Positions 30,292 through 38,941 of a stretch of 64,000 bases of DNA are shown piece after piece. The translations under genes and the position numbers were made by a program. The notes beneath the pieces are model-generated. The model searched no databases, was not told the origin of the DNA, and saw only the letters and a list, made by a program, of their open reading frames with translations. Within the stretch, counting starts at the first letter, position 1. The number at the start of each line of letters is the position of its first letter. The DNA comes from a virus (Duplodnaviria; Caudoviricetes): positions 10,758-74,757 of the IMG/VR virus record IMGVR_UViG_2724679353_000001, one strand, 5' to 3'.

Positions 30292-30345
30292 TGGTGCCCG
30301 GGGCGGGACTTGAACCCGCACAGCCATAAGCCGAGGGATTTTAAA
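30292..30345 (-). tRNA. 3' half of tRNA-Leu(UAA), leuZ-like: att core at the prophage junction, not an intact tRNA
   Basis: Minus strand TTTAAAATCCCTCGGCTTATGGCTGTGCGGGTTCAAGTCCCGCCCCGGGCACCA; the 5' half is absent. Confidence 0.9.
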
Positions 30346-30365
30346 AATTTGATGCTACTTTTTAA

Positions 30366-30396
30366 AATCAATAAGTTAAGTGTATTCAATAAGTTA
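30366..30396 (+). promoter_or_regulatory. IHF site(s) in the att arm
   Basis: AATCAATAAGTTA matches WATCAANNNNTTR; near-copy ATTCAATAAGTTA at 30384. Confidence 0.6.
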
Positions 30397-30462
30397 TAAA
30401 TGCGCATGTTTAGCTATATTTGCGCAGGGTTTGTTTTTGCTGCCACTAAAATTCACTATTTA

Positions 30463-31467
30463 TCATTCAATAACTAGCTTGTCGTAGGGGTTTAATGCGA
30501 TGGCCGCATCCAAGTGGTTAGGGGCAAAATGTGCATATCTCATCGTCATTAAAATAGTGCTATGACCAAGAATTTGTTGCAGCACTAAAATGTTTCCGCC
30601 GCCCATCATAAAGTGACTAGCAAAGGTATGTCTGAGTACGTGTGTGCGTTGCCCTTTAGGCAACTCAATAGCCGCCCTTTTCAATGCATGTTTAAATGCA
30701 TCATAAGATGGAGTGAATAAAGCGCCGCGATTTTTTGGTATACGCTTAAATAGTTTTTCAGATATCGGTACGGTTCTGTTCTTTTTGCCCTTAGTATTAA
30801 TATAAGTCACACGGCTAGGCAATATCTGCGACTGTTTCATATCCTGCGCTTCTCCCCACCTAGCACCTGTAGCCAAGCAGAGGCGAACGATAGTTCCCAA
30901 ACTTTTATTTTCCGAATCATCACAGGAGACTAAAAGCCGCTTGATTTCATCTTGGGACAGAAAGGCCAGTTCTTGATCGCCCTCGCTAAATTGCCGGATA
31001 CCATCAAGCGGGTTACTTCCCTCCCACTCACCAAGGCGTTTTAATTCTGAAAATACAGCATGTAGGTATGATTGTTCGCGGTTAACAGTGGCTTCTTTTA
31101 CAACAGTACGTCCTTTTGCTTGCCATTCACCATTCAGCCGCCGTTCCCGATAAACAGCAAACATATTTTTATCGACATCTGCCGCTAAGGGTTCCCCCAT
31201 TCGCTCGCAAATAGCCAATAATTTAGTTTTACGGGACTCGCCAGAAGATAGGGTCTTACCGTGCATTTCATACCAGCGCTCAACTAATTCATTAAGTGTT
31301 ACCGCACTAACACCCAGCCCCGTATCTTGCTTATTCACCATCATGCGGCGTTCGTATGAAAGTGCTTCGCCTTTAGTGGCAAATTGTTTACGTATCCGTT
31401 TACCGTCACGGCCATAAGGGAAGCATTGGCAAAGCCATTTTCCTGAAGGGAGCTTACTAACTGCCAT
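30463..31467 (-). CDS. int: P2/186-type tyrosine integrase
   Basis: TGARWGEA, TKGKK, HVLRHTFASHF, LGH...TMRY. Confidence 0.95.
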   Translation of the reverse strand: MAVSKLPSGKWLCQCFPYGRDGKRIRKQFATKGEALSYERRMMVNKQDTGLGVSAVTLNELVERWYEMHGKTLSSGESRKTKLLAICERMGEPLAADVDKNMFAVYRERRLNGEWQAKGRTVVKEATVNREQSYLHAVFSELKRLGEWEGSNPLDGIRQFSEGDQELAFLSQDEIKRLLVSCDDSENKSLGTIVRLCLATGARWGEAQDMKQSQILPSRVTYINTKGKKNRTVPISEKLFKRIPKNRGALFTPSYDAFKHALKRAAIELPKGQRTHVLRHTFASHFMMGGGNILVLQQILGHSTILMTMRYAHFAPNHLDAAIALNPYDKLVIE

Positions 31468-31847
31468 CAGTCCTGCACCCACTTCATCATAATCATTAGC
31501 ATCATGGCGGTTGATTTAACACTTTGATTAGTAAAAATTTCTTTATTCTGAATTGGATCTGATTCTGGGGCAAAAGCATCATCAAGCTGTTTAGCTAGTT
31601 CACTCGCGTAAGGCTTAAAATCATTTACCGATTTTATTTTCCTATTAATCTCAGGCGCTAATAGCTCTTTGCTGTATACCCCAGCGATAAAGTCAGCACA
31701 AGTTGCAAGTTTGTTTTCCGGCGTGGCTGTCTGCCATGTAAGCGCATTGGCTTCATGCAGGGTTCCTCCCGCATACCAATTTTCAGCAAATGCGTTATTT
31801 GTGAATAAGGCAAAAATAAGAAACGTCAGTGACAATATCTTTTTCAT
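31467..31847 (-). CDS. Secreted/periplasmic protein in the immunity operon
   Basis: Signal peptide MKKILSLTFLIFALFTNNAFA; stop overlaps the int ATG. Confidence 0.8.
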   Translation of the reverse strand: MKKILSLTFLIFALFTNNAFAENWYAGGTLHEANALTWQTATPENKLATCADFIAGVYSKELLAPEINRKIKSVNDFKPYASELAKQLDDAFAPESDPIQNKEIFTNQSVKSTAMMLMIMMKWVQD

Positions 31848-31915
31848 CGCTAGCCCTCGATAAGGTTAAGAAGATAATTAATTAAGTATCACAATGTAAA
31901 TAATTTGAGCTTAAG

Positions 31916-32554
31916 TTATTTACTAAATGTAACTATTAAAAAAGAAATTAAAAAACCTGAAGCAAATACACTCCCAGAAAATATCGGGTAGTGGCGAAAT
32001 AGTTGCTGCCACGATAGGCGTTTTTCTGAGAGCGTCACTGTCGAAGAAGTTGCCTCTAAATATTGCTTTTCATCCAGCCACGAGAGAGCCTGTTGTAATT
32101 GCAAGCGCGTTAATTCAGTTAAACGCCCTGAACCAAACTGAATATGACAATATCGAATGAGTTGCTGCCTTTCCGATTCTTGTTGGGTATTTTTCAGGAG
32201 CAAATGTATTAAAGACTTGCTCGCCTCTTTCTCGCAATAACGATCACGTAAAGCCTGAAGATAACTATATGCAGCCTGATAGTGACTTACTGTCATTTCC
32301 TCAATGCTGCTAACACCAATCTCAGCATGAACCTTTTGCCAGATTGAAAACCCCTCTTCATGCCCGGTCTCAATAATTTCTTTTACTAGCTGATTTAACT
32401 GTTTTCGCTGTGCGGGTACTAGCGGGCGATTATCTATCTCTGTTGTAGGGATGGCGATATTCACAAAATCCCGACTAATGAAATTATCCGCAGTGATATT
32501 TTTCTCATGAAAATCACGGCCCGCCACCCTATTTTTCTCACCACTAGTCTCCAT
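31916..32554 (-). CDS. Flk-like protein with C-terminal membrane anchor and N-terminal AGRDF motif
   Basis: PLVPAQRKQL...IWQKVHAEIGV and QFGSGRLTELTRLQLQQAL resemble Flk repeats (from memory); hydrophobic C-terminus. Confidence 0.6.
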   Translation of the reverse strand: METSGEKNRVAGRDFHEKNITADNFISRDFVNIAIPTTEIDNRPLVPAQRKQLNQLVKEIIETGHEEGFSIWQKVHAEIGVSSIEEMTVSHYQAAYSYLQALRDRYCEKEASKSLIHLLLKNTQQESERQQLIRYCHIQFGSGRLTELTRLQLQQALSWLDEKQYLEATSSTVTLSEKRLSWQQLFRHYPIFSGSVFASGFLISFLIVTFSK

Positions 32555-32572
32555 GCCTACCGCTCTCCCACT

Positions 32573-32965
32573 TTACTTTTTGTTCTCGTGAAAATCTCTA
32601 CCAGCGATCCGCTGACCGGTACCACCTGTAACCTTAACTGTTGTTCCTGACTCAGGAGGATTACCCACGCTTAGTGCGGCAAATACAGCTTGCTTAACTG
32701 CAAGAGGCGCAGAACGGTAATAGCTGATCAGCTCCTCCTCATCCTTTGTTAGCGCCGCCACGGAACGAACACCTGTGACAACGAATTGAACATCAACACC
32801 CACTCTTGAAATAGCCTCAAGGTAGAGAGCATCAGGCGCACGTCCCCCTTGTTCGTACTTAAGCTGTGCTAATTTTTTAACGCCACCAATCTCGCCAAAG
32901 GCCATTTGGCTAAGACCAATACGTTCTCTTTCCTCTCGAATCCGCTCACCGATATTTGAATGCAT
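32573..32965 (-). CDS. Immunity repressor (XRE HTH, no peptidase domain)
   Basis: IGERIREERERIGLSQ...YEQGGRAPDALYL; divergent from the early operon. Confidence 0.85.
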   Translation of the reverse strand: MHSNIGERIREERERIGLSQMAFGEIGGVKKLAQLKYEQGGRAPDALYLEAISRVGVDVQFVVTGVRSVAALTKDEEELISYYRSAPLAVKQAVFAALSVGNPPESGTTVKVTGGTGQRIAGRDFHENKK

Positions 32966-32975
32966 ACAAAAACCC

Positions 32976-33004
32976 TTGACAGATATTCATTTGAATACCA
33001 AAAT
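32976..33004 (+). promoter_or_regulatory. Early promoter with palindromic operator
   Basis: TTGACA 32976; TATTCA-TT-TGAATA at 32984-32997 in the spacer. Confidence 0.6.
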
Positions 33005-33042
33005 ACAACTCACAGACACTTAGTGGATCACAATATACCATT

Positions 33043-33234
33043 ATGAAACAAGTCGAACATGATCAACGCTCGCGATTACCGAAAGGAATCGCCTCAAAAA
33101 ATCCTACCCCCATGCGTTTATCTGATGGTGAACGCTCTGAATTAGAAGCACTTGCAGCAAAAGAAAGTCGTTCAATTTCCAGTATGGCCCGCCTAGTTTA
33201 TTTGCGCGGTATCGCTGCTATTCAGGCTGATTGA
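33043..33234 (+). CDS. Ribbon-helix-helix regulator
   Basis: PMRLSDGERSELEALAAKESRSISSMAR. Confidence 0.7.
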   Translation: MKQVEHDQRSRLPKGIASKNPTPMRLSDGERSELEALAAKESRSISSMARLVYLRGIAAIQAD

Positions 33235-33246
33235 TAAGGGGAAATT

Positions 33247-33450
33247 ATGGGTAATGTCACCATTAATATCACCGTACCCACGGGCTATGTCTCTCTGAAA
33301 GAGTATGCCGTAATGACTGGTATCCCTTTCGCTACCTGCCGGGGAATGGTGCGTGATGGCCGGATTATTATTCGTCCGAAAATTAAGGCTGGTGACAAAG
33401 TTGAAGTTAATTTGGTCGCTATGTTGAAAGATGCCATAGCCAATAGTTAG
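33247..33450 (+). CDS. Cox/Apl-like regulator and excisionase
   Basis: YVSLKEYAVMTGIP...IRPK...VEVNLVA. Confidence 0.75.
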   Translation: MGNVTINITVPTGYVSLKEYAVMTGIPFATCRGMVRDGRIIIRPKIKAGDKVEVNLVAMLKDAIANS

Positions 33451-33461
33451 GGGAAAATACA

Positions 33462-33668
33462 ATGTACGCCTTAACCATTATTAGCCGCCATTCATCTGCC
33501 TACCGTGGCTTTGTAATTACTCATCGCCCAAGAACAGTTATTAACCCTATTGCTCGTTATGAAGTATTTCTGGGTGAACAATCTTTCGGTTTACTTGACG
33601 CCCAAGCACTTGCAACGGGCTTTATCGATCAGTTGTACACCGAACGTGAGACGGGAGTAGCAGCATGA
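33462..33668 (+). CDS. Hypothetical early protein
   Basis: 68 aa ORF coupled to the next gene. Confidence 0.6.
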   Translation: MYALTIISRHSSAYRGFVITHRPRTVINPIARYEVFLGEQSFGLLDAQALATGFIDQLYTERETGVAA

Positions 33669-33979
33669 AATCACCTTGCCTACAGATAGCTAACGCCATA
33701 CTGCAAACACACAGTGCTGATATGGCCGAGTTAATCAATCGCTCAGTAGGGAAAAATGGAATTTATTCATTAAGAGAAAATCTCCACGCCCGCGAGAAAA
33801 AAGCTATTACCAGCAATACCATTGCGGGCTTAAGCATGATTACCGCCATAGCGTGGCAGTTAGGTGAGAACGAATTAGCCACTTTCCATCAACTGAATGC
33901 CGCAACGCAGCAATTTCGTGAGTCAGGCGTAATACCTCAATTTTTCAATGAAGAGGTGCTGACATGCCGGGGCAACTAA
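33665..33979 (+). CDS. Hypothetical early protein
   Basis: 104 aa ORF with GGAG RBS. Confidence 0.65.
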   Translation: MKSPCLQIANAILQTHSADMAELINRSVGKNGIYSLRENLHAREKKAITSNTIAGLSMITAIAWQLGENELATFHQLNAATQQFRESGVIPQFFNEEVLTCRGN

Positions 33980-34116
33980 TTGAATTGACCGGAGGGGCAT
34001 TAGTCATGCTGATAGTGCTGGTCTGGATTGCAGTGTTGTCTGTCCGCGCCGTAATTCGTGATCACCGCCACCGCACCAGTATCAAAAAAGAAGTAGCACG
34101 CAAAGCGCGTCTGTAA
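33964..34116 (+). CDS. Small single-TM protein (50 aa, not in the ORF track)
   Basis: GAGG RBS; MPGQLIELTGGALVMLIVLVWIAVLSVRAVIRDHRHR... Confidence 0.55.
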   Translation: MPGQLIELTGGALVMLIVLVWIAVLSVRAVIRDHRHRTSIKKEVARKARL

Positions 34117-34156
34117 GTTTAAACCGCATTAATTGTTCTCCCGTGAGGTGCGAATA

Positions 34157-34462
34157 ATGGAGCAAATAAATACCGATGAATCACCACTCGCAATGCAGGA
34201 ATGGAATCAAAAAGTAGGTTTACGGCATTTAGACCGCATAAAGGAACTATTTAAAAAAGATCCAGATGAAGAGTTTGAGCGACGTTTGGAATCATTAAGT
34301 CGGGGAAAAACCAAAGGAATTATTTATTATGCAGCAGGGATAAAGAAAGACAGTCACGAAAGAAAATTTCGTGAGTTGGAATATCACGAAAGAAAAGCAG
34401 TGCGTAAAGCTGCTTTGGATTTATGGGTTGATTTAAATTCAATTCCAAAAGACTTATTATAA
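34157..34462 (+). CDS. Hypothetical P2-like early protein
   Basis: GAGG RBS before MEQ. Confidence 0.6.
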   Translation: MEQINTDESPLAMQEWNQKVGLRHLDRIKELFKKDPDEEFERRLESLSRGKTKGIIYYAAGIKKDSHERKFRELEYHERKAVRKAALDLWVDLNSIPKDLL

Positions 34463-34539
34463 ATAACTTTTAGCGGGTTATTAAATATGGCGCATTTATC
34501 GCGTCGGGATTCCTATTATCTAAAGTTAAGGACTCGAAT

Positions 34540-34737
34540 ATGACGAGTAAGAAAATTGAAAACGCTGATTTACTCAATGATGCCCTGATAAATGAACGTA
34601 GGAAACAAGCAATACTGACCTCTGAGCTTCTGGAAAATCTGGCGAATGTCATTATTGCTCGTGCTTTATGCGTTAAAGAATCGGTGGAATTGCTGCGCCA
34701 GGAATCCGATAAAATCCAAAACCAAATAAATGAGTAA
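34540..34737 (+). CDS. DUF2732-like protein
   Basis: ESVELLRQESDKI pattern; typical position upstream of dam/A. Confidence 0.6.
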   Translation: MTSKKIENADLLNDALINERRKQAILTSELLENLANVIIARALCVKESVELLRQESDKIQNQINE

Positions 34738-35569
34738 GCGGCCGATGACAATAAATCGCTCCCCGCTGAAATGGGCAGGTTCAAAGGCTCGTATTATGCC
34801 AACCTTACTTCAACATTTGCCAACCGGTAAACGACTGGTAGAGCCGTTTGCTGGTTCCTGTTCTGTAATGCTGAATACAGATTATGATGAATATTTGATA
34901 ACGGATATCAATGATGATCTGATTAACTTCTATGAAATCGCCAAAAGAGAAACGAGCGACTTAATCAATGTAGCTTCCTCACTGTTTCTTACGGCTAATT
35001 CCCACGAACAATATTATATTTTCCGCAAAATATTCAATGCACGAAACCGTGATGATATATCCAGAGCAGCAATCTTCCTTTACCTAAATCGCCACTGTTT
35101 TAATGGTATTTGTCGCTATAACCAACAAGGGCAATTTAACGCCCCCTATGGCAAGTACAAAGCGCCCTATTTCCCCGAAGCCGAGATCCGTTTCTTTGCT
35201 GAAAAATCCAAGAAAGCGACCTTCTTATGTTGTGATTTTTCCGAAGCACTGGAAATGGCTGTTGCGGGTGATGTGATTTATTGCGATCCGCCTTATATCC
35301 CAGTATCCAGCACTGCTGAGTTTACCCATTATCACACCGATGGTTTTAGCGCTGATCAGCAATTTCGTTTAGCCCGCCTACTGGCAAGGGCCGCTGAAAA
35401 TGGTTGTCACGTTGTTGCATCCAATAGTGAAACCCCTATCACCCGCGATCTCTATAGCCGCTACACTCTCCACTCGATTACGGCTCCGCGCTCTATCAGT
35501 TGTAAAAGTAATGGCAGAAAAAGCACCGGGGAAATTATTGCGACGATTCCGGCACAATTAGATGAGTGA
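34730..35569 (+). CDS. dam: Dam-family DNA adenine methyltransferase
   Basis: PLKWAGSK, LVEPFAGS, YCDPPY. Confidence 0.95.
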   Translation: MSKRPMTINRSPLKWAGSKARIMPTLLQHLPTGKRLVEPFAGSCSVMLNTDYDEYLITDINDDLINFYEIAKRETSDLINVASSLFLTANSHEQYYIFRKIFNARNRDDISRAAIFLYLNRHCFNGICRYNQQGQFNAPYGKYKAPYFPEAEIRFFAEKSKKATFLCCDFSEALEMAVAGDVIYCDPPYIPVSSTAEFTHYHTDGFSADQQFRLARLLARAAENGCHVVASNSETPITRDLYSRYTLHSITAPRSISCKSNGRKSTGEIIATIPAQLDE

Positions 35570-38117
35570 GCGCGCTAGTAACCTCATGGCTCCCACATCA
35601 CCGCTGCCTTATCCGGGCAGCGGTGATGTTTCTATTAAATGGGCATATCCGTGGAATGCCCCTCGCCCCGCGATTGGTGGCTACCAATCTTTAGCGCCGG
35701 TCGCCGTGGTAGAGAAACCAAAATCGCACCCACTGGTTATTCGCTATATAAAACGCCTGAATGCACTGGGCTATACCGAACTACGGGAGCCTAATCAAAC
35801 CTTGCTCAAGATGCGTAGGGAGCGCTCCGAGCTTGAACGCGCAATCTACTTCCGCGATAAACAGCAATGGGCGGATTCACCACAAGGCATAGAAGCCCGT
35901 ATTGACGAGCAGCCTATTTTTATTAAGTCTCACTTTCAAAATAAAATTAGATGGTTACGTGAAAATCATGGCGATAAACATACCAATGCATTCTTAACCG
36001 GCACCGGCAAGAATGCATTGGTACGTCTGGATACCGTGCGTGAATATCAGGGCGTTAGCCAAGGACATATTTCTGAGCTAATGGCTTATTTTCAGGGTAT
36101 CTATAGCCACCTTGCCGAACTGAGCAAGCGCCGGGTTAAGTCACTGGCGAATGATGTTGCTGGCCGTATCAATGAGATGTTCTGCACTGAGGTATCAACA
36201 CCCACCGAAGAAACGCGCACATTATCTGATGCCGAGCTATTGACCATTTATCGCAATATTGCGCTTGAGGTGTGGTCTTTGCGGGTCAGGCCGCCGCACT
36301 GGCGCGAGTTGGGGCCGAAGCCCAACCAACCAGATGAGCCAGTGGATCGCACGATTTACTATTCCGCTATTGCCCGATTGATAAACCCCGACTGGTGGGA
36401 GCGTAAATTGTGGCGGCTGCGTAATGATTGGCGAGAGAGTCAGTTACGCGCCGCAGGCATGATCCACAAACGGGCCGCACCTTATGTCAGCAAAGAAGCA
36501 TTGGCCGATTGGATAGAGCAAAAACGCCGCAACCGTGAATTCTTCAAGCGGCATGAATTGATTGATGATGAGGGTAACACCGTTTCTTTAGAGGCAATGG
36601 TGGATGCCAGTATCAGCAATCCGACTATTCGCCGTCATGAGTTAATGGCACGCATGAAAGGGATCGAACTGGTCGCGCAGACGCGTGGTGATGTTGGGGT
36701 GTTTTACACCATTACTTGCCCGTCTAAATACCACGCCAACAACCAAAGCGGCCACGCTAACCCAAAATGGAATCACAACACGCCACCACAGGCGCAAGCC
36801 TATCTTACAAAGTTGTGGGCTAACATCGGTTCAAAACTGGGCCGTGAAAATCTGCGCGTTTATGGTTTTCGTGTTGCCGAGCCGCATCATGACGGTACAC
36901 CGCACTGGCACTTACTGCTATTTATGAAACCGCAAGAACGCCACGCCATCACTGAGATTATGCGCGCCTATGCCGTCAAAACTGATCGCGCCGAATTAGG
37001 TAAGCGCACCAGCGCCCGGTTTACCGCTAAGCGGCTGGATCCTAAGAAAGGCAGTGCTACCGCCTATATCGCTAAATACATTAGTAAAAACATTGATGGT
37101 TACGCGCTGGATGGCGAACTAGACCATGAAACCGGCAAGCCGCTGAAAGAAACGGCCCGCTTCGCTATGGCTTGGGCGTCACGCCACCGTATCCGCCAAT
37201 ATCAGCCAATAGGCACGCCACCGGTTACCGTCTGGCGGGAGCTGCGCAAGCTGAGTAATCAACTGGTCACTACGCTCAAGATTTCCGGCACCTATCAGCG
37301 CGGTAAGCCGTTATTAGTCGATCCGGCAATGGATGCCGTCACCGCCGCCGCAGATGCGGGCTGCTTTGCTACCTACATCATGAAGCAAGGCGGCGTACTG
37401 ATCCCGCGTGAGGATTACACCGTGCGCATTGCCTATCAGGACAATGAACAACCCAACGCCTACGGTGAAATCACCGAAAAGATTTTCGGCATCTATTCCC
37501 CGCTGTTAGGGGAAGCATCCCGCATTTGTACCCGCTTAAAAAGCTGGAAGATTGTCGCCTGCAAAAAGGCGAAACCCGCCGTTGCCGTGGGGGTTGATGT
37601 TTTTCAGGACGGCCCCGCCGTCCCTTGGAGTTCTGTCAATAACTCTCCGCTAGAACAAAAAACAAGCGAACCGGATGAGGTAATAGACAGAACATTAGAA
37701 GAAAAAATAATCGATTTCACCGCGATCACCGATGCAGAACGCCGGGCCTTGCTTCGCAGGATAAAAAGCGCGCCTGTAACAACAGTTAAAACTAACGCAT
37801 TGACGCTAGCCGAGGAATTGTCACGCCAAGCATCAGCCGAAAAAGCCGCTCAACGGCGAGAAAAAACCGCACGGCTGGCACCTGTGACAACAAAAATCCG
37901 CGATTTTGCGGAGTCAATTGGACTTTCCATCAGCGAACAGCAGGCGCAATCACTGGCTTGCGGCGCAACGTTGACCATCGGCGGCCAGAACTGGCGGGCA
38001 AGAGAGGATTGTTGCTTGTATCAGTGCCAACCAACCACCGGCCAACGGGCATTTAGCGTGATGAGCCGGGTAGCAAGATTACGAGAGGGAATAATCAGTG
38101 AAAGCCACCAACATTAA
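35562..38117 (+). CDS. A: P2 gpA rolling-circle replication endonuclease
   Basis: FYTITCPSKYH, EPHHDGTPHWH (HUH), YIAKYISKNIDG. Confidence 0.95.
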   Translation: MSERASNLMAPTSPLPYPGSGDVSIKWAYPWNAPRPAIGGYQSLAPVAVVEKPKSHPLVIRYIKRLNALGYTELREPNQTLLKMRRERSELERAIYFRDKQQWADSPQGIEARIDEQPIFIKSHFQNKIRWLRENHGDKHTNAFLTGTGKNALVRLDTVREYQGVSQGHISELMAYFQGIYSHLAELSKRRVKSLANDVAGRINEMFCTEVSTPTEETRTLSDAELLTIYRNIALEVWSLRVRPPHWRELGPKPNQPDEPVDRTIYYSAIARLINPDWWERKLWRLRNDWRESQLRAAGMIHKRAAPYVSKEALADWIEQKRRNREFFKRHELIDDEGNTVSLEAMVDASISNPTIRRHELMARMKGIELVAQTRGDVGVFYTITCPSKYHANNQSGHANPKWNHNTPPQAQAYLTKLWANIGSKLGRENLRVYGFRVAEPHHDGTPHWHLLLFMKPQERHAITEIMRAYAVKTDRAELGKRTSARFTAKRLDPKKGSATAYIAKYISKNIDGYALDGELDHETGKPLKETARFAMAWASRHRIRQYQPIGTPPVTVWRELRKLSNQLVTTLKISGTYQRGKPLLVDPAMDAVTAAADAGCFATYIMKQGGVLIPREDYTVRIAYQDNEQPNAYGEITEKIFGIYSPLLGEASRICTRLKSWKIVACKKAKPAVAVGVDVFQDGPAVPWSSVNNSPLEQKTSEPDEVIDRTLEEKIIDFTAITDAERRALLRRIKSAPVTTVKTNALTLAEELSRQASAEKAAQRREKTARLAPVTTKIRDFAESIGLSISEQQAQSLACGATLTIGGQNWRAREDCCLYQCQPTTGQRAFSVMSRVARLREGIISESHQH

Positions 38118-38328
38118 TTACACCGACACCATTTGCACATTATTAACCGATGAACAGCAGGTTGCTCAAATGCTGGGTGATGCATGGAATCAATACTTAC
38201 TGCTTCCGATTGAACATCCATCTGAGCGTGATGAGTTCTGCCGAGCCATTCATGATTGCCAGAGAATCATATTAGCCCGCCCGGCAATTCGTGGACTGGC
38301 GGAAAAAGGTTCGGGGTACAAAAAATGA
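38098..38328 (+). CDS. Hypothetical protein
   Basis: 76 aa; LPIEHPSERDEFCRAIH. Confidence 0.7.
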   Translation: MKATNINYTDTICTLLTDEQQVAQMLGDAWNQYLLLPIEHPSERDEFCRAIHDCQRIILARPAIRGLAEKGSGYKK

Positions 38329-38681
38329 CAACAGCAAGCGAACGTAAACGCGCCCAGCGCCAACGCGATAAAAAATTTGGCATAACTACTCTTACTCTGC
38401 GTTTGGATGCGCAGGAGTTGGCTATGGTGCTGGAGGGATGCGAACAGCGCCGCATTGCTCGCCAGCCTTATGAGGTGACCGAGTATTTAACCAGCCTAAT
38501 TCGCCAGGATAATAAGCTACTGCATAAACAACTTACCGAATTGAGGAAAAGTAGCTGTAAGCGGTGCGGGGATACGCTGCCAGGTGATAACGCTGGTTGC
38601 TGCTTGCAGGGGGATTCGGAGTGTTGGCAGACATTGGGGTACAGGCGATTGATGTTGGATACATTCAATTCATCTGGCTGA
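38325..38681 (+). CDS. Hypothetical protein, homolog of 17207..17560
   Basis: ERKRAQRQR...CKRCGDTLPGD...CWQTLG. Confidence 0.75.
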   Translation: MTTASERKRAQRQRDKKFGITTLTLRLDAQELAMVLEGCEQRRIARQPYEVTEYLTSLIRQDNKLLHKQLTELRKSSCKRCGDTLPGDNAGCCLQGDSECWQTLGYRRLMLDTFNSSG

Positions 38682-38941
38682 TAACTGTATAAAAAAACAT
38701 GTTTTTATTGTGGCATTAAATGTATTAACCGTTGCTTCACCTGACGGAATACTGTGGTGGAGCACGATTAAATCTGACAGTCGGTTAAGATCGGGGTGCG
38801 GATGTACCTCTGTTTGAGATACACAAGAGTAAAATATTTTTAACGCCTCATATAGTTAAATTAATTACATCTAAAGGATTAATTTCCATGGTGGAATAGT
38901 GGTAATATATGTGGCTATTCCTCACATTTATAGGACAGGGT

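Larger units (their letters stand above)
1..30345. mobile_element. Prophage 1: lambdoid-regulated, contractile-tailed temperate phage (left end outside window)
   Basis: Ordered modules: tail, head, terminase, lysis, Q, replication, cro/cI, recombination, xis, int, then a tRNA-derived att. Confidence 0.95.

Noticed and set aside
30292-30345. Functional tRNA-Leu gene
   Set aside because: Only the anticodon-loop-to-CCA half is present; it is an att remnant.
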